Below are positions 44,511 to 60,357 of a stretch of 64,000 nt of DNA, in pieces (within the stretch, counting starts at the first letter, position 1; every line of letters begins with the position of its first letter). The stretch is from the human T2T-CHM13v2.0 reference genome, Homo sapiens, in the NCBI RefSeq assembly GCF_009914755.1, contig NC_060934.1. The stretch is one strand, 5' to 3'. Made by a program: the position numbers and the translations under genes. Under the pieces are notes generated by a model. It was not told the origin of the DNA, ran no database searches, and was given only the letters and a program-made list of their open reading frames with translations.

Positions 44511-45329
44511 CATGTGTTTGGTAATATTTGTTTGGGAGTTGGGGAGGCTAAGTTATCTGGAATGCCCTGTTCCCTCAGCCCACCCCAGTCCCCTGGCTTT
44601 TAAACATTTCTTCTTGCTTTGGATTGTCCAGTTTTTTAGCTTGATGTCTCCTGTTTCTGGAAAACATAAAGCCACCATTGTACACAGTTCACTTTTATAT
44701 AACCCAGTTAATTGCTGTATACTTTGCAATCAGGAATTCAGTAATCTCATTCTTACCTCATTCACTATGTTCATTCCACCATTCATTCTAACAATTGAGT
44801 CTCAACTACATACTAGGCACTCTTTTTAGGATTCAGTAAGGATTTGATGGTGAACAACATAGAGAACTCATGAATCTTACCTCCTGGTATCCAGGTTAAA
44901 ATACTTTCTGTTCTTGGGCAAAGAGAATTAGAAACAAATACCCTTAACCTGACTCCCTTGTTCTTGAGCCCAGGACCAAGAAAGAAGAAGCTGTACAATG
45001 CAGAAGCAGGGCTTGAGATCACCTCCAACCTGCCAAGCAGATAGAGATCTGGGTATGCCAACTTGGGAGGCAGAGGTTGAAACCTCATAGGAGGAACTTT
45101 GGAGCTCATAGAAGGCCTTGGCATTGTCAGAGGCCTTGAGTTCCAAAACCATGCCAGTATTTCTGCCTTCTGACAGGCTGGCTAGAAAGAGACTAAATGG
45201 GAGCATTTTTCTCTGACAGTGGGGCGGAGGGATGAGGGGATGACAGCCCAGGAAGAAGCAGAGACATTGCCGTAAGTACTTACTAGAGGGCAGGCAGCAC
45301 AGCTTTATGCAAGTTAAGGGCCTTGACCT

Positions 45330-45525
45330 TGCCCCAAGGCCTGACCTCAGATCCCAGATTCATCATACTAGCCTTTTGATCTTTGCCAAATTACTTAAAC
45401 TCACTGTTTCCTCATCTGTTGAATAATGGTGTCTACCTCAGGGTTTGTGAGGACTAAGCGAGCTAATGCATGAAAAGTGCCTAGTACAGTGCCTGGCATA
45501 TAGCAAGAACTCAGCAAATGCTTGC
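45330..45525 (+). mobile_element. MIR SINE
   Basis: ctgtttcctcatctg...gggtttgtgaggactaag...cagtgcctggcatatag. Confidence 0.7.
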
Positions 45526-48500
45526 TGCTCTAACGAGGCGTTTCTCTGATGACAGATTTGATCTTAAGCAGACACCTCAGGGTGTACTGACATCTGAGCA
45601 AACCATATCTCCAAAAATTATAGTTGTAAGTGTGCCCTATTTCTTTGGATACCGGGAGCTGGAGCTTCTCTGTCCAGCTATCTCTGCTGATTTTTTTTAA
45701 TTAAAATTTTCACTTTTTAAAAGCCAGCATGCTAAAGCTGAGAAATTGGTGATGGGTGGTGGTTTTCCAGCATTTGTGGGAATGTCCTGACACTCCCTTT
45801 CCCTTACTAACCATTCCCTAGGCTGGAGTCAAGAGAGGGCAAACCAGAAGGCCCAGCTTTGGGTCTGACTCCAAGACGACTGGCTGGGAGGAAAACTAAA
45901 CAGGCTTCTGAGGCACAGTGGAATAGTGAGACTTCCGCATTGTTGCACTGGTGACAGCCCCTACAGAAGAAGCACCTCAGCTGTATATATAGCCAAAATA
46001 AAGACCACACCACCTAAAGGGAAAGTGCTGGGCAAACCAGAGATGGAGATGGCAAAGCAGGAACAGAAATGCTGCCACATTGAACAGTAAGCAGGACAAC
46101 TTGACTAGGCCAGAGTTCTCTTGCTTCAGGGAACCTGCTCAAGTTTCAGGAATTCATACCCACCCCCTTCACCTAGGATCCCTGCTACAGTAAGTAACTG
46201 TTCTGTGCAAAGTGGAGCTAAACTCTGGTGTGTAAGTGGCTGACAATCACTGCTGAAGACGGCCAGCACTACCCTCAGCCACTTTCTTACAGCAAAGTTG
46301 GGGAAAATAGACTAGCAAAAACAAAACTCATACTTTTCTGTGTGTGTGAAGTTCTCCAGAAGGTTTCCAAATGGAATCCTCTCACAGCCACCCTGCGAAG
46401 CAGCCAGGGTAGTGACCTTATGGATGAGTGACAGCCTGTTCAAAGAATGACCTGCCTGTGTCCCAGGATGCAGATTTATGGCTGGGTTAGGGTTAATTTC
46501 TTTAGTTGATTTCCAGTTTTCTTTTCCACTGTCTGTCAGTATTCCCCCGTTCTTATTTTACCAGCTGGATTTGCAGAGAGACATACTGTCAATCAAAAGG
46601 GCTTCCTATGGGCAGCTCCATTAATTGCTTTTACATCTGATACTCTCATTAGGTTTAGAGATTTTACTGGGAGGCTAGCAGAAGGAAATGGATTGTGGTC
46701 TGCTATCAAAAGTACTGAAGTAACTGCCCAGTGATCATTGAAATCACACATTTTGCTCATTTAACAATGTCTGAGTTTGCCATCAGCACCTCAGAGGAGC
46801 AAAGCTTGGTTCATAAAGTGAAGTTGAGTGATACTGAGCCTACCACACTGGCCTACTCGCCACCTCCAGAGCTATCTGAAGTCAGCACTGCAGGTTCTGT
46901 GAACATTTGGGAAGCTGTGCCTCTTAGCCCCCTGGGCCCCTACAGTTTAATTGCTCTCCTATCTGCTACTGAAGGACCAGCAGTCTTCCTACCCTGCCTC
47001 CACTGTTACCACCAACCCACTTTTTGATAAGGACTGCAGATTTATCTTTCTTAGCCCTGCCTTGACTGGTCTTCCCACCTCAGACGTCCTTACTCAGTCC
47101 ATCATCTCTTTCAGGATTTTCTTCTGTGGTCTTTTTCAAACTACTAGCTGACTTTTCCCTTTTATTTCCCACTAGGAACCCCTCCCCGCCCCCCCCCCCC
47201 CCCCAGCCATTTCATCAAATCAAACTCACTGCCCTCTTTCATGCCCCTTCCTTAGTTCCCCAACACAAGCCTGTGCATAAGCTTGAACATTTCTACCTTT
47301 GCCAATGGTATTTCCCCTTCTGGCTTACCCTGCTTCCTCCTTCTCAGACTTTTCCAGTCTTGATTGTCCTCTCCATAAACACAAGAATGAACTTCAAGGC
47401 AAGTTACTTAATGTCTTAGAGCCTGTTTCCCCATCCATAAAATGGGGCTATAAATTCCTCAGGATGGGATGAGGGTACAAATAAAAAATGAAGCAGGATA
47501 TTCTTTGTAAAAGTGTGTGTACATTTTTTATTGTGTTTCTCCCCAGCTACCTTCCCTCTCCCCGCCACACACATCCTATTTGCAGAGTGTTGGGGGAGGT
47601 GGAACTGTGATGTGGGCCCTGCTGTCTAGCAGTCTGCAGTCACACACAGCCATCCAAACTACGAGATTGTATATGATTCAGTGCCAAACTGTGAGCTTTG
47701 GGGAATCCAGAAAGAAGGATGAAGCCTTTCCCAAGTTTCCTTTAGTTAAATGTGCCACTTGAATCCTGTTCTGACTCCTAGGCACATGCAAGAGTCAATC
47801 ACATATGTTCCTGTGGCCTTTATCATTTTGGTCCATCTCTTGAGCCCACATGAATACTGTCATGGATGGAGGAGGAAGGACCAGGCTGGGTCAGGGCCTG
47901 AATGCAGGTTTTGTTTGGACTATAGGGGCTAAGTTCACTTTAATAGGCTGTGACCTATTAAAGGAGGCAGGAACCAAGTTTGCACAGAAGGACCATCCTA
48001 GTTGAGTTAAAGGAGTTGGGGAGTTGATTGTGAGGGGTTTCCTAGATTGCTGCTGGGTAAGGTGATTGAATCTGGGAAGGATAGGGTACTTGATTGCCTA
48101 GAAGGGTGCACTCTAAGTTCTGGATAAGAATGGTGCCCAAGATGAGCTGGAGGGGAAGGCAAGTGTTTGAATGACCCAGTCCCTGAGGTGAGCCTAGGTT
48201 AGGGTTAAGATTTGGTGAGTGAACAGGTGCAAACGCTTGTGGCTTATTTATCCAGAAAAAGCATTTTCTGTGTGCCTTTCAGGTCAGGCTGTTACTTTAT
48301 CCCCTTCAGGCCTGACCCCATCTCCCCCACGCATAGCTCAAGCTGAACAGCCCCTGAAGCTGGGAATCAAGCCCCTACCTTGTGTTCAGAGCTTCCCTAA
48401 CGTCCAGTCGCCACCTAGGGTAGCCTTCCCTCCACACCCTAGGCCGAGAGCAGAAGCGGGTGGCAGGAGCACAGGGAGTGAGGTCCAGGTTAGAGGACAG

Positions 48501-48653
48501 GCCAGAAGGCCCTCCGAGAGGGTCCCCCAACCCCGCAACGCCAGGACAGGTTTGCACGTCCCCAGCAGTAGGCAAGTCAGGGGGGTCCTAGGGTTACAGC
48601 GGAGGAGAGGACGGGCTATAAGCATGTGGAGGGTGCACGGGGTGGCGAGGCCA

Positions 48654-48667
48654 CCACCAGGGGGCGA
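48654..48667 (+). promoter_or_regulatory. CTCF-like site
   Basis: CCACCAGGGGGCG matches the CTCF core consensus; a second weaker copy AGTAGGGGGCGC at 48759-48770. Confidence 0.65.
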
Positions 48668-48889
48668 TTTCAGGGCCGCAGCGCCTAGAGGTGGGGGGTC
48701 GCCCGATGGCCGAAGGCTGTGTGTGAGCCTCGCCCTCAAACCGCCTCTATTGTGCTAGAGTAGGGGGCGCAAAGAAGAGAGTGGCGACCTTCCCCTCACC
48801 CCACCCAGTCGGCCCCGCCTTTCAGGACCCCGCCCCACCCCCGGCTCCGCCTCCACCACCCCCCCCCGCCCCGCCTCCAGCCGCGGCCC

Positions 48890-48966
48890 CTTCCTCTCGC
48901 AGCTGGTGCTGTGGGGCCGCGGAGCCGCGCGTCGCTGTCTCTATGGCCCCGGATCCGAGCGCAAAG
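48890..48966 (+). other. SEMA4G: Putative SEMA4G non-coding first exon (start approximate)
   Basis: Within the CpG island, ends in strong donor AAG|gtgagc; matching strong acceptor tttttcttcag| at 51903. Confidence 0.65.
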
Positions 48967-51903
48967 GTGAGCAAGGCGAGGAGTGCGGGCGGCGCCCTGG
49001 CGTGAGCCTGGGGCTGCGGGCCGGGGGTCGGGCAAGGCCTCCCCCACGTCCATTCTACCCTCCAAGCTGGGCCAGGCCTTTCTCACCACCAAGTCCCCCG
49101 GTCCTGCATGACGGCTCTAGAGGGGCGCGGGCCAGGCCTCGGGCTGCGCGGGGTGCAAACCGGCCACCACGGAGTCGGGGACCAGCGCGGGGAGGGGGCC
49201 GCGTGGCGAACAGTGTTCCCCAGGATCTGGGTCACGTCTCCCGGCGTCCGGCGGGATCGAAGGAGAGCTTGTCCTCGAGCTGCAGCAGTAGAGACTGAGG
49301 TTAGACCTGACGAAGGGAGAGGACCGCGGACTGTCCAGGATGTTGGAGGGAGGGGGTCCCGGGGGAGGGGCTCTCTCAAGCCAGGAGAGACCGCCATCCT
49401 ACTAGGCAGAGGGAAATACCGCCTACACTAGGCAGGTGGACATCTGGGATGAAGGTCGAGAGCCTGCTGATCCTCCATTGATCCTGTTTGAAGGGTCTCT
49501 CCTCCCCAGTTCCCTCCACCCCAAGATCTAATAGAGGAAAGGTGATCAGAGTTCAGGGGGCTGGCCCTGGGGAAGAACCCGAACTGTGGAACTTGGGGTG
49601 GAGTGTGGGGCGTGGACTGGAGACCTTAAACCCGTACTTCGCCACTGAAGGGAGGGGTGATATGCTCCGCCCCGCCCACTTAGCCCCGCCCCCTCCCACA
49701 GGTTAAGTGGGGGCTGAGAGCTCCAGCCCGTCTCCCACCTTTAGAACCGCAATATACATAGGGGTGGAGGAGTACTAAATTATGCGTTCCATTCCATCTT
49801 TGCTGAAGCTAGGGGCCTCCTCCTGCCTGAGTTACTTTCCCATTCCCTCCCTTGTAGAGCGGCCTTGACTCATGCACCCATCCCATCTGCCCATCCAAGG
49901 TCAGAAGCCTCCCCCATCACCACACACACACACACACACAACCCCCTCACCACCCCCACACACAAACACACACTTGAAATTGGGCCTTAGAATTGGGACT
50001 TTCAGGAACAGAGGCAGGGTTCTGCTCTGCATCTCACCCCAGTGGACACTGGCAGCCTCCAAGCCTATGGCAAAAACTGGACCCCTGTATGCATGTGTGC
50101 TTGTCTCTGCATGGATGTAGTTGTGTGTTCAAGAACTGCGTGTGAGCACACATGTACTTGACCCTTCTGTGAACATGATTGCCTGGCCCACTATATCAAT
50201 GGGTTTGTGTGCATGTCCCTACACATACATGTGTATGTATAGGACCCTCCTGTTGAATAGGTGCACAGTCCTTGACACAAACCCACATGTGTGGGTTTAT
50301 CTCTCCTCAATGTCTGAGGCTGTGTGACCTGCTGAATGGATGGGCATGTAAATTCAACGTCACATGTGAATATGTATGATTACCTGTGGCTGTGGCCCTC
50401 TGTATGAGCATATGTGTGCACAAAACTCCCTGTGAGTATATGTGTGAATGACCCCTGTGAATCCACGTGTTCACAGTCCTCCTTGTGAACATGTGTGTGT
50501 GTGTGTGTGTGCACCCATGTGCATGTATATCACCTTCCTAATAGTCACCCATGTGACTCTTAAACTATAAGTGTGACATGCACCACACTGAGTGGCTCCT
50601 CTAACCTGGGGCATGTTCCTCCTAGCCATAGTGCTCCCCACACACATGCCTTTTGCACTGAGCAAATAGGAGGTCCCAAAGGTAAACAGGTGTGCCTCCA
50701 CAGGGAGGGGTGGGGCATGGCCGGCTTGCCTGAAGCTTCCTGCTGTCCCAGATCCCAAACAGGGAGCCTATGCCCTTTCAGGGTCAGGGAATCCTCTTCT
50801 CTCCCTTTCATATTTGACTCTACCCCTCAGGGCTCTGCCCCTGCAGTGCTGACCTTTACCTCTTGAATAATTGCTCCTGTTATCCCTCTGGCCAGTTCCT
50901 GATTCCTCCCCTCTTTCCAAGGCCAGATAGTTAATATTTGACCTGGGAGAGGAGGCACCAGTGGCACCCTCTGGCCCTGCCTGTGGGTGGCTGATGAGAT
51001 GGAATGTATTAGGTCTCTCCACACCTCACCCAGCCCAGGAACTCTTCAAGGAACCCCTTGGTGATTAGGAGGCCTGTTACAGGGGTTGGGAGAGGCCTGC
51101 CACCCACCCCCATCCCATCCCCAACTGGTTGGCTTGAGGGAGGGTCCAAGATGTGTCGGGAGGGGCCAAGGGCTCAGGGATCCCATCATTTACCTTCTTC
51201 ACGTTGCTTATGTCTCAACTGGCCTTGCACACTACAGCCTTCTGCACAGACATTATACCTGTGCAACCAGGGGGATCCTAGGTACCCACCCCAATGCCTG
51301 TGAATGCCTACTTGCAGATAGGGACACGTGTGGATGCCTAGCCAGAGGGTGCAATACAGACTGGCGTGGGCAGAGATGTGCACCCCCTTGGAGAGGAATA
51401 CCAAGAAGTTATAATTAAAGAGAAATTCCAGAGGGAGCTCTCAGGCCAGGGAAAAGAAAAAACAAAGGGAAAGCAGGACAAAATAAACAAAGGTCCATTA
51501 AACCTCTCTGGTTAGGCCCTCCTGCATAAGGCACCCCCGCAGGCAGCAGGGGCAGCTGCTGACCGAGTTGCATCTCATTGTTGGGAGAAGCAGGCATTCT
51601 CTCCAAGAACCCCAGCTCCTTTGACTTGAGGGCCTAGTGGAGCTTCTGACTTGGCCAGAAGAGGGTCATGACCTTGGGTTTCGGGTTGTGGGCATCTAGG
51701 GTCTTGTAAGGAAGGTAAGTTCCACCCCAGCCTCCTGCATCAGAGCAAAGCGATAGACAGAATGATTGTGAGTCGATCCTGGCGTGGGCGTTCTGTGGAT
51801 GCTGGGCCTCCTTCTTTCAGTGCCCCCTGAAGTCTGGGTAACGCCATCCATCTTCCACCCACATACAGATCAAAGGGCTTTTTTTTCCCCGTTTTTTCTT
51901 CAG

Positions 51904-52287
51904 AAAACGGACCTCAGAAAACCAGGACTAGCTCTACTGTCGGGGGCAGGGTGACCCCATCAGTAACCTACAACCCCTCTAGAACTTCACAACTCCCTCT
52001 CACCATGGAGTTTGCATTTGATGCAGAAAGGCATGTGATCCCTCCCTCCTTCTGACCTCTTAGCTGGGGATTCCATGGCCACACAACCCTGTGACTCCAT
52101 GTCCCCCCGATTCCAGGACCCCCCATGGCCCCATGATTCCTTGACTCCTATGACCTTATGACCCCTGACCTTCCAAGTGACTTCCTTGGACTTTGACCCC
52201 TGTGACTGTGCTTCCCATTCCCCGCCCCCACAACCTGTGACTCTGGCTCCCTTTGGGGGTCTTGTTAGTCTGGGCCTCCCCAGGAAG
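51904..52287 (+). other. SEMA4G: SEMA4G 5'UTR part of the first coding exon
   Basis: Long pyrimidine tract and AG at 51902-51903, continuous to ATG 52288. Confidence 0.7.
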
Positions 52288-52411
52288 ATGTGGGGGAGGC
52301 TCTGGCCCCTCCTCCTCAGCATCCTCACAGCAACTGCAGTCCCAGGACCCTCACTGCGGAGACCGTCTAGAGAACTAGATGCCACCCCTCGGATGACCAT
52401 ACCCTATGAAG
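52288..52411 (+). CDS. SEMA4G: Semaphorin-4G coding exon 1 (signal peptide)
   Basis: MWGRLWPLLLSILTATAVPGPSLRRPSRELDATPRMTIPYE; donor G|gttaga. Confidence 0.93.
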
Positions 52412-52503
52412 GTTAGACCCTCAACCTCAAAAGGCAGCAGAAGCCAGGGCTGGGGGTGGGGAGGCACCCCAGAACTAGGGCTCACTGTTCCTGCTCTCCC
52501 CAG

Positions 52504-52652
52504 AGCTCTCTGGGACCCGGCACTTCAAGGGCCAAGCCCAGAACTACTCAACACTGCTGCTGGAGGAGGCCTCAGCAAGGCTGCTGGTGGGAGCCCGAGG
52601 TGCCCTGTTCTCTCTCAGTGCCAACGACATAGGAGATGGGGCTCACAAAGAG
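52504..52652 (+). CDS. SEMA4G: SEMA4G coding exon 2 (Sema domain start)
   Basis: ccccag|AGCTC...AAAGAG|gtcagg; LSGTRHFKGQAQNYSTLLLEEASARLLVGARGALFSL. Confidence 0.93.
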
Positions 52653-52921
52653 GTCAGGCCCTGGAACCTGGACCACCCAGAGGGTCTCTATGCTTATCCA
52701 GCTCCCTGGGACCTCAACTTCCTTAAAACCCTGCCAGCCTTCCATAGCCCCCTGGTCAGACAGCACTGCCCTTCCCAGCCCAGGTGTTCCTTGCATTCAG
52801 TGTTCCTCCTGAAATTGATCCCCACCCCAATTTCCCCAACTCTGTGGGGTCCTATTGCCTGGTCCTATGAGTAATAGGTATTGGGGTCAGTGCATCAGCC
52901 TATTCCCTTTGCCTCCACTAG

Positions 52922-52984
52922 ATCCACTGGGAAGCCTCCCCAGAGATGCAAAGCAAATGTCATCAAAAAGGGAAAAACAACCAG
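52922..52984 (+). CDS. SEMA4G: SEMA4G coding exon 3
   Basis: actag|ATCCAC...AACCAG|gtatgt; IHWEASPEMQSKCHQKGKNNQ. Confidence 0.92.
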
Positions 52985-53150
52985 GTATGTGGTCTGCCCT
53001 GTCCCCAGCTCCTTTCCTCCCCTTCTTCCTCAATCAGGGATGCCAGGATTGTTGGGGACACAGATGGGTAGGTACAGACCTGCCAGTCAATCTCAGCAAC
53101 CACAGTAAACATTGTAAGTATTGCCAGAGTGGCAAGCCATGGGCACAGCA

Positions 53151-56011
<2,861 letters not shown>

Positions 56012-56949
56012 TAGAATATCCCTTGGAAAGTGGTTGGAGAGTAGCAAAAGTGTGTTGTTTGGTAAAATATCTCTGGAAGGAAACTTCAGACAATAGTAAC
56101 AGCAGTCTTCTTGGCAGGCAACCTGGGAGACAGGGATAAATGGGAGACTCCCTGTTTATAACATACCCCTTTGTACTTTCTAAGTTTTATACTATGTACA
56201 TGTATTCATTGACTGAATAAATAGCTTTATAAAGTCGTTTTTATAAAAGAGAAGGTTGGGAGGAGCTATCAGGTAGCAACTGCAGATGTCTAAGGAAGAG
56301 GTCATGGTGGTCATTTGGACTGGGTGCTGGTGGTGGAGTCAAAGTGGACCAAGTCAAGAGACTTTTAGGACAATGAATTAATTGTGGAGAGGGACTGAAT
56401 GTGGGGGTGAGGAAGTAGGAAGCAGCAAGGATGATCCCTGGCTTCTAGGTTGAGTCGTAGGTTGGATGAAGTGAGGTGGGAAAGACTGGATAAACAGGTT
56501 TAGGAAAGATGTAGGTTATGGAGGAGGGGATGAACTTGGCTTCTGACAAGGTGAGTTTGAAACATCCCTGGGATATCGGGTGGAGAGCAAGCTGGCATCT
56601 AGGGATAGATTTGGTTGTATCACCCCAGCGAGGAGGGCAGGAGTTCCAAGAATAGAAAGAGGTGCTGAGAAGGAGCTGGATGGGAGAGGAGAAGCACCTC
56701 AGGATGGTGGAATCCCTGGGAGCTCTTGAACCAGAGGTGGAGGGAACTGCAAGAGACACAGGAGATATTGGCAGAATGGTGTCAGGTAATCTGAGGGACA
56801 GAGGAGAGAAATAGGGTCATGTTACTGGGAGGCCAAGGACAGTGAGTTCCAGGAAATATTCTGGAGCAGTGAGAAGGATCACAGGTATCTTGGAAAGAAC
56901 CGTTTGTCCTGTGGGTGGGGGCAAGAGCCAAACTACAAAGCTAGACTAA

Positions 56950-57560
<611 letters not shown>

Positions 57561-57669
57561 ACCTGCCCCTATCCCTGATCGCTGATCCCTGACCCCAGAC
57601 TGATCTGACTTTGAGCCACTGTCCCTGCCTGTCTTCGGAACCACTTACTGCTGGTTCCTTGTTCCCTAG

Positions 57670-57763
57670 GATGCTGAGGCCTTCACCTTGCCAACCAGCT
57701 TCGAGGAGGGGAAGGAGAAGTGTCCTTATGACCCAGCCCGTGGCTTCACAGGCCTCATCATTG
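57670..57763 (+). CDS. SEMA4G: SEMA4G coding exon 5
   Basis: ccctag|GATGCT...ATTG|gtgagc; DAEAFTLPTSFEEGKEKCPYDPARGFTGLII. Confidence 0.94.
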
Positions 57764-57901
57764 GTGAGCAGGCCTTCTTCCCTATCACAGACATGGTATT
57801 TTTAGGATGTGGATCTCATCTCTAGGACCTGCCACCATGTATATGTCATGTGCCCTGTTGAATATGACATGTCTCTCATGCCTGGAATATCCCCACGCCA
57901 G

Positions 57902-58015
57902 ATGGAGGCCTCTACACAGCCACTAGGTATGAATTCCGGAGCATTCCTGACATCCGCCGGAGCCGCCACCCACACTCCCTGAGAACTGAGGAGACACCAA
58001 TGCATTGGCTCAATG
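57902..58015 (+). CDS. SEMA4G: SEMA4G coding exon 6
   Basis: cgccag|ATGGAG...AATG|gttagg; DGGLYTATRYEFRSIPDIRRSRHPHSLRTEETPMHWLN. Confidence 0.93.
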
Positions 58016-58223
58016 GTTAGGAGGATGAGGCACAGGATGATGGGGGGTAGGGGACTATTTCTTCATTTTTACTCCCTTGGCCAGCTGACCACCCCACCCC
58101 CAAATCCCCAGGTGAGCCTGTCCATTCCATTCCTGTGTGTTGTCAAGTGAGGGGTCAGCCTCAGAGTGAGGGAAAGGAATCCCCAGCCTGTCTCAAAAGC
58201 CTCTCAAACTGCCTGACCCACAG

Positions 58224-58393
58224 ATGCGGAGTTTGTGTTCTCCGTCCTCGTGCGGGAGAGCAAGGCCAGTGCAGTGGGTGATGATGACAAGGTGTACTAC
58301 TTCTTCACGGAGCGTGCCACTGAGGAGGGCTCTGGCAGCTTCACTCAGAGCCGCAGCAGTCACCGTGTGGCCCGTGTGGCTCGTGTCTGCAAG
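58224..58393 (+). CDS. SEMA4G: SEMA4G coding exon 7
   Basis: ccacag|ATGCGG...TGCAAG|gtggat; DAEFVFSVLVRE...DDDKVYYFFTE...RVARVARVCK. Confidence 0.94.
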
Positions 58394-58476
58394 GTGGATT
58401 GGGCTGACGTTGGGGCACGGGTATAGAGGCTGGACCTCTGACCCTGGCCCCTTATCCCGTGCCTCTACCTCCCCAG

Positions 58477-59025
<549 letters not shown>

Positions 59026-59222
59026 CAAAGTGAGAATTTTAAGCACATCAAGCTAGGCTAGAGCCAGAGAATGAATGCAGTGGTCCACTGACTCACAGGA
59101 GAGGCCCTGTGGGACTATAGCTGGGGTTGGCCAGGGTAACAGTGAGCTTCAGGCTGAGCACGAGTTGGGGGGCAGGCTTGACTCCATGTAACTCACCCCC
59201 CTTGCCCTATGTCCCATTCTAG

Positions 59223-59367
59223 GAAGACCCTGGAGGCCTCAGCCATCTGCCGCTATGACCTGGCAGAGATCCAGGCTGTCTTTGCAGGACCCTATATGGA
59301 ATACCAGGATGGTTCCCGGCGCTGGGGTCGCTATGAGGGTGGGGTGCCTGAGCCCCGGCCTGGCTCG
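59223..59367 (+). CDS. SEMA4G: SEMA4G coding exon 9
   Basis: ttctag|GAAGAC...GGCTCG|gtgagt; [13 protein letters not shown]...[10 protein letters not shown]. Confidence 0.94.
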
Positions 59368-59496
59368 GTGAGTGCCCAGGCCTGGGGCCAGTGCTGAGTA
59401 GACAGAGCCCAGGGAAGGGTCAAAGGGTCTGGCCTTGTGGAGAGGGCAGGCAGGTGGTGGAGTCCCGAGGTTCACCACCTTCGTCCCCCACGCCAG

Positions 59497-59719
59497 TGTA
59501 TCACAGATTCATTGCGCAGCCAAGGCTACAATTCATCCCAAGACTTGCCATCCCTGGTCCTGGACTTTGTAAAGTTGCACCCACTGATGGCTCGGCCCGT
59601 TGTGCCCACACGTGGACGGCCCCTGCTGCTCAAGCGCAACATACGCTACACACACCTTACAGGGACACCTGTCACCACGCCTGCTGGACCTACCTATGAC
59701 CTGCTCTTTCTGGGCACAG
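59497..59719 (+). CDS. SEMA4G: SEMA4G coding exon 10
   Basis: cgccag|TGTATC...ACAG|gtgctt; CITDSLRSQGYNSSQDLPSLVLDFVKLHPLM...YDLLFLGT. Confidence 0.93.
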
Positions 59720-59952
59720 GTGCTTCTGATCCCAATCCCTGATCCCTGTTGGCCCTGATCACTAATGCTTCTGAATCCATTAATTCCTGCCATGACTAGT
59801 CTGGAGTTCCCAGTGTCCTGAGGGTCCACTGCTCCTGGCTGAGTCCTTGTTCTGGACCTCAGGACTCCTGAGCTGTTCGTATTAGGCCTCTTGCAGGGTG
59901 CTGAGAGCAGATCCCATAGTTGGGGTCTAACTCTCTGCTCTTTCCATACCAG

Positions 59953-60068
59953 CTGATGGCTGGATCCACAAGGCCGTAGTCCTGGGCTCTGGGATGCACA
60001 TTATTGAAGAGACACAAGTGTTCAGGGAGTCCCAGTCTGTGGAAAATCTAGTCATCTCTCTATTGCAG
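59953..60068 (+). CDS. SEMA4G: SEMA4G coding exon 11
   Basis: taccag|CTGATG...TTGCAG|gtagcc; DGWIHKAVVLGSGMHIIEETQVFRESQSVENLVISLLQ. Confidence 0.93.
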
Positions 60069-60196
60069 GTAGCCCTTCTCTGTGACCCTTAATATAGCCT
60101 TGCTGAAATAGGAAGAGGGAGTGGGGAGGTTGGGCAGAGGCTGTGTATCTGTATGAGTGGGGACGCTGCCGACCAACTGTCCTATCTGGCTCCCAG

Positions 60197-60357
60197 CACA
60201 GCCTCTATGTGGGGGCTCCTAGCGGAGTCATCCAGCTACCACTCTCCAGCTGCTCCCGCTACCGATCCTGCTATGACTGCATCTTGGCCCGAGACCCCTA
60301 CTGTGGCTGGGACCCTGGCACCCATGCCTGCGCAGCAGCCACCACCATAGCCAACAG
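60197..60357 (+). CDS. SEMA4G: SEMA4G coding exon 12 (PSI domain); alternative donor extends it to 60372
   Basis: tcccag|CACAGC...; CSRYRSCYDCILARDPYCGWD PSI motif; donors at 60358 (gtccca) and 60373 (gtggga). Confidence 0.92.

Larger units (their letters stand above)
48590..49400. promoter_or_regulatory. CpG island / SEMA4G promoter
   Basis: Sharp rise in GC and CpG content, multiple GC boxes (ccccgccc at ~48828 and ~48863), CTCF-like motifs, first-exon donor at 48967. Confidence 0.88.

Noticed and set aside
48219-49431. Overlapping long ORFs on both strands around the CpG island
   Set aside because: Expected stop-codon depletion in GC-rich promoter DNA; low-complexity Pro/Arg/Gly products with no recognisable domain
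50080-50660. TG/CA-rich segment with many CATGTG and CACATG motifs
   Set aside because: Degenerate low-complexity dinucleotide sequence; E-box matches are expected from its composition
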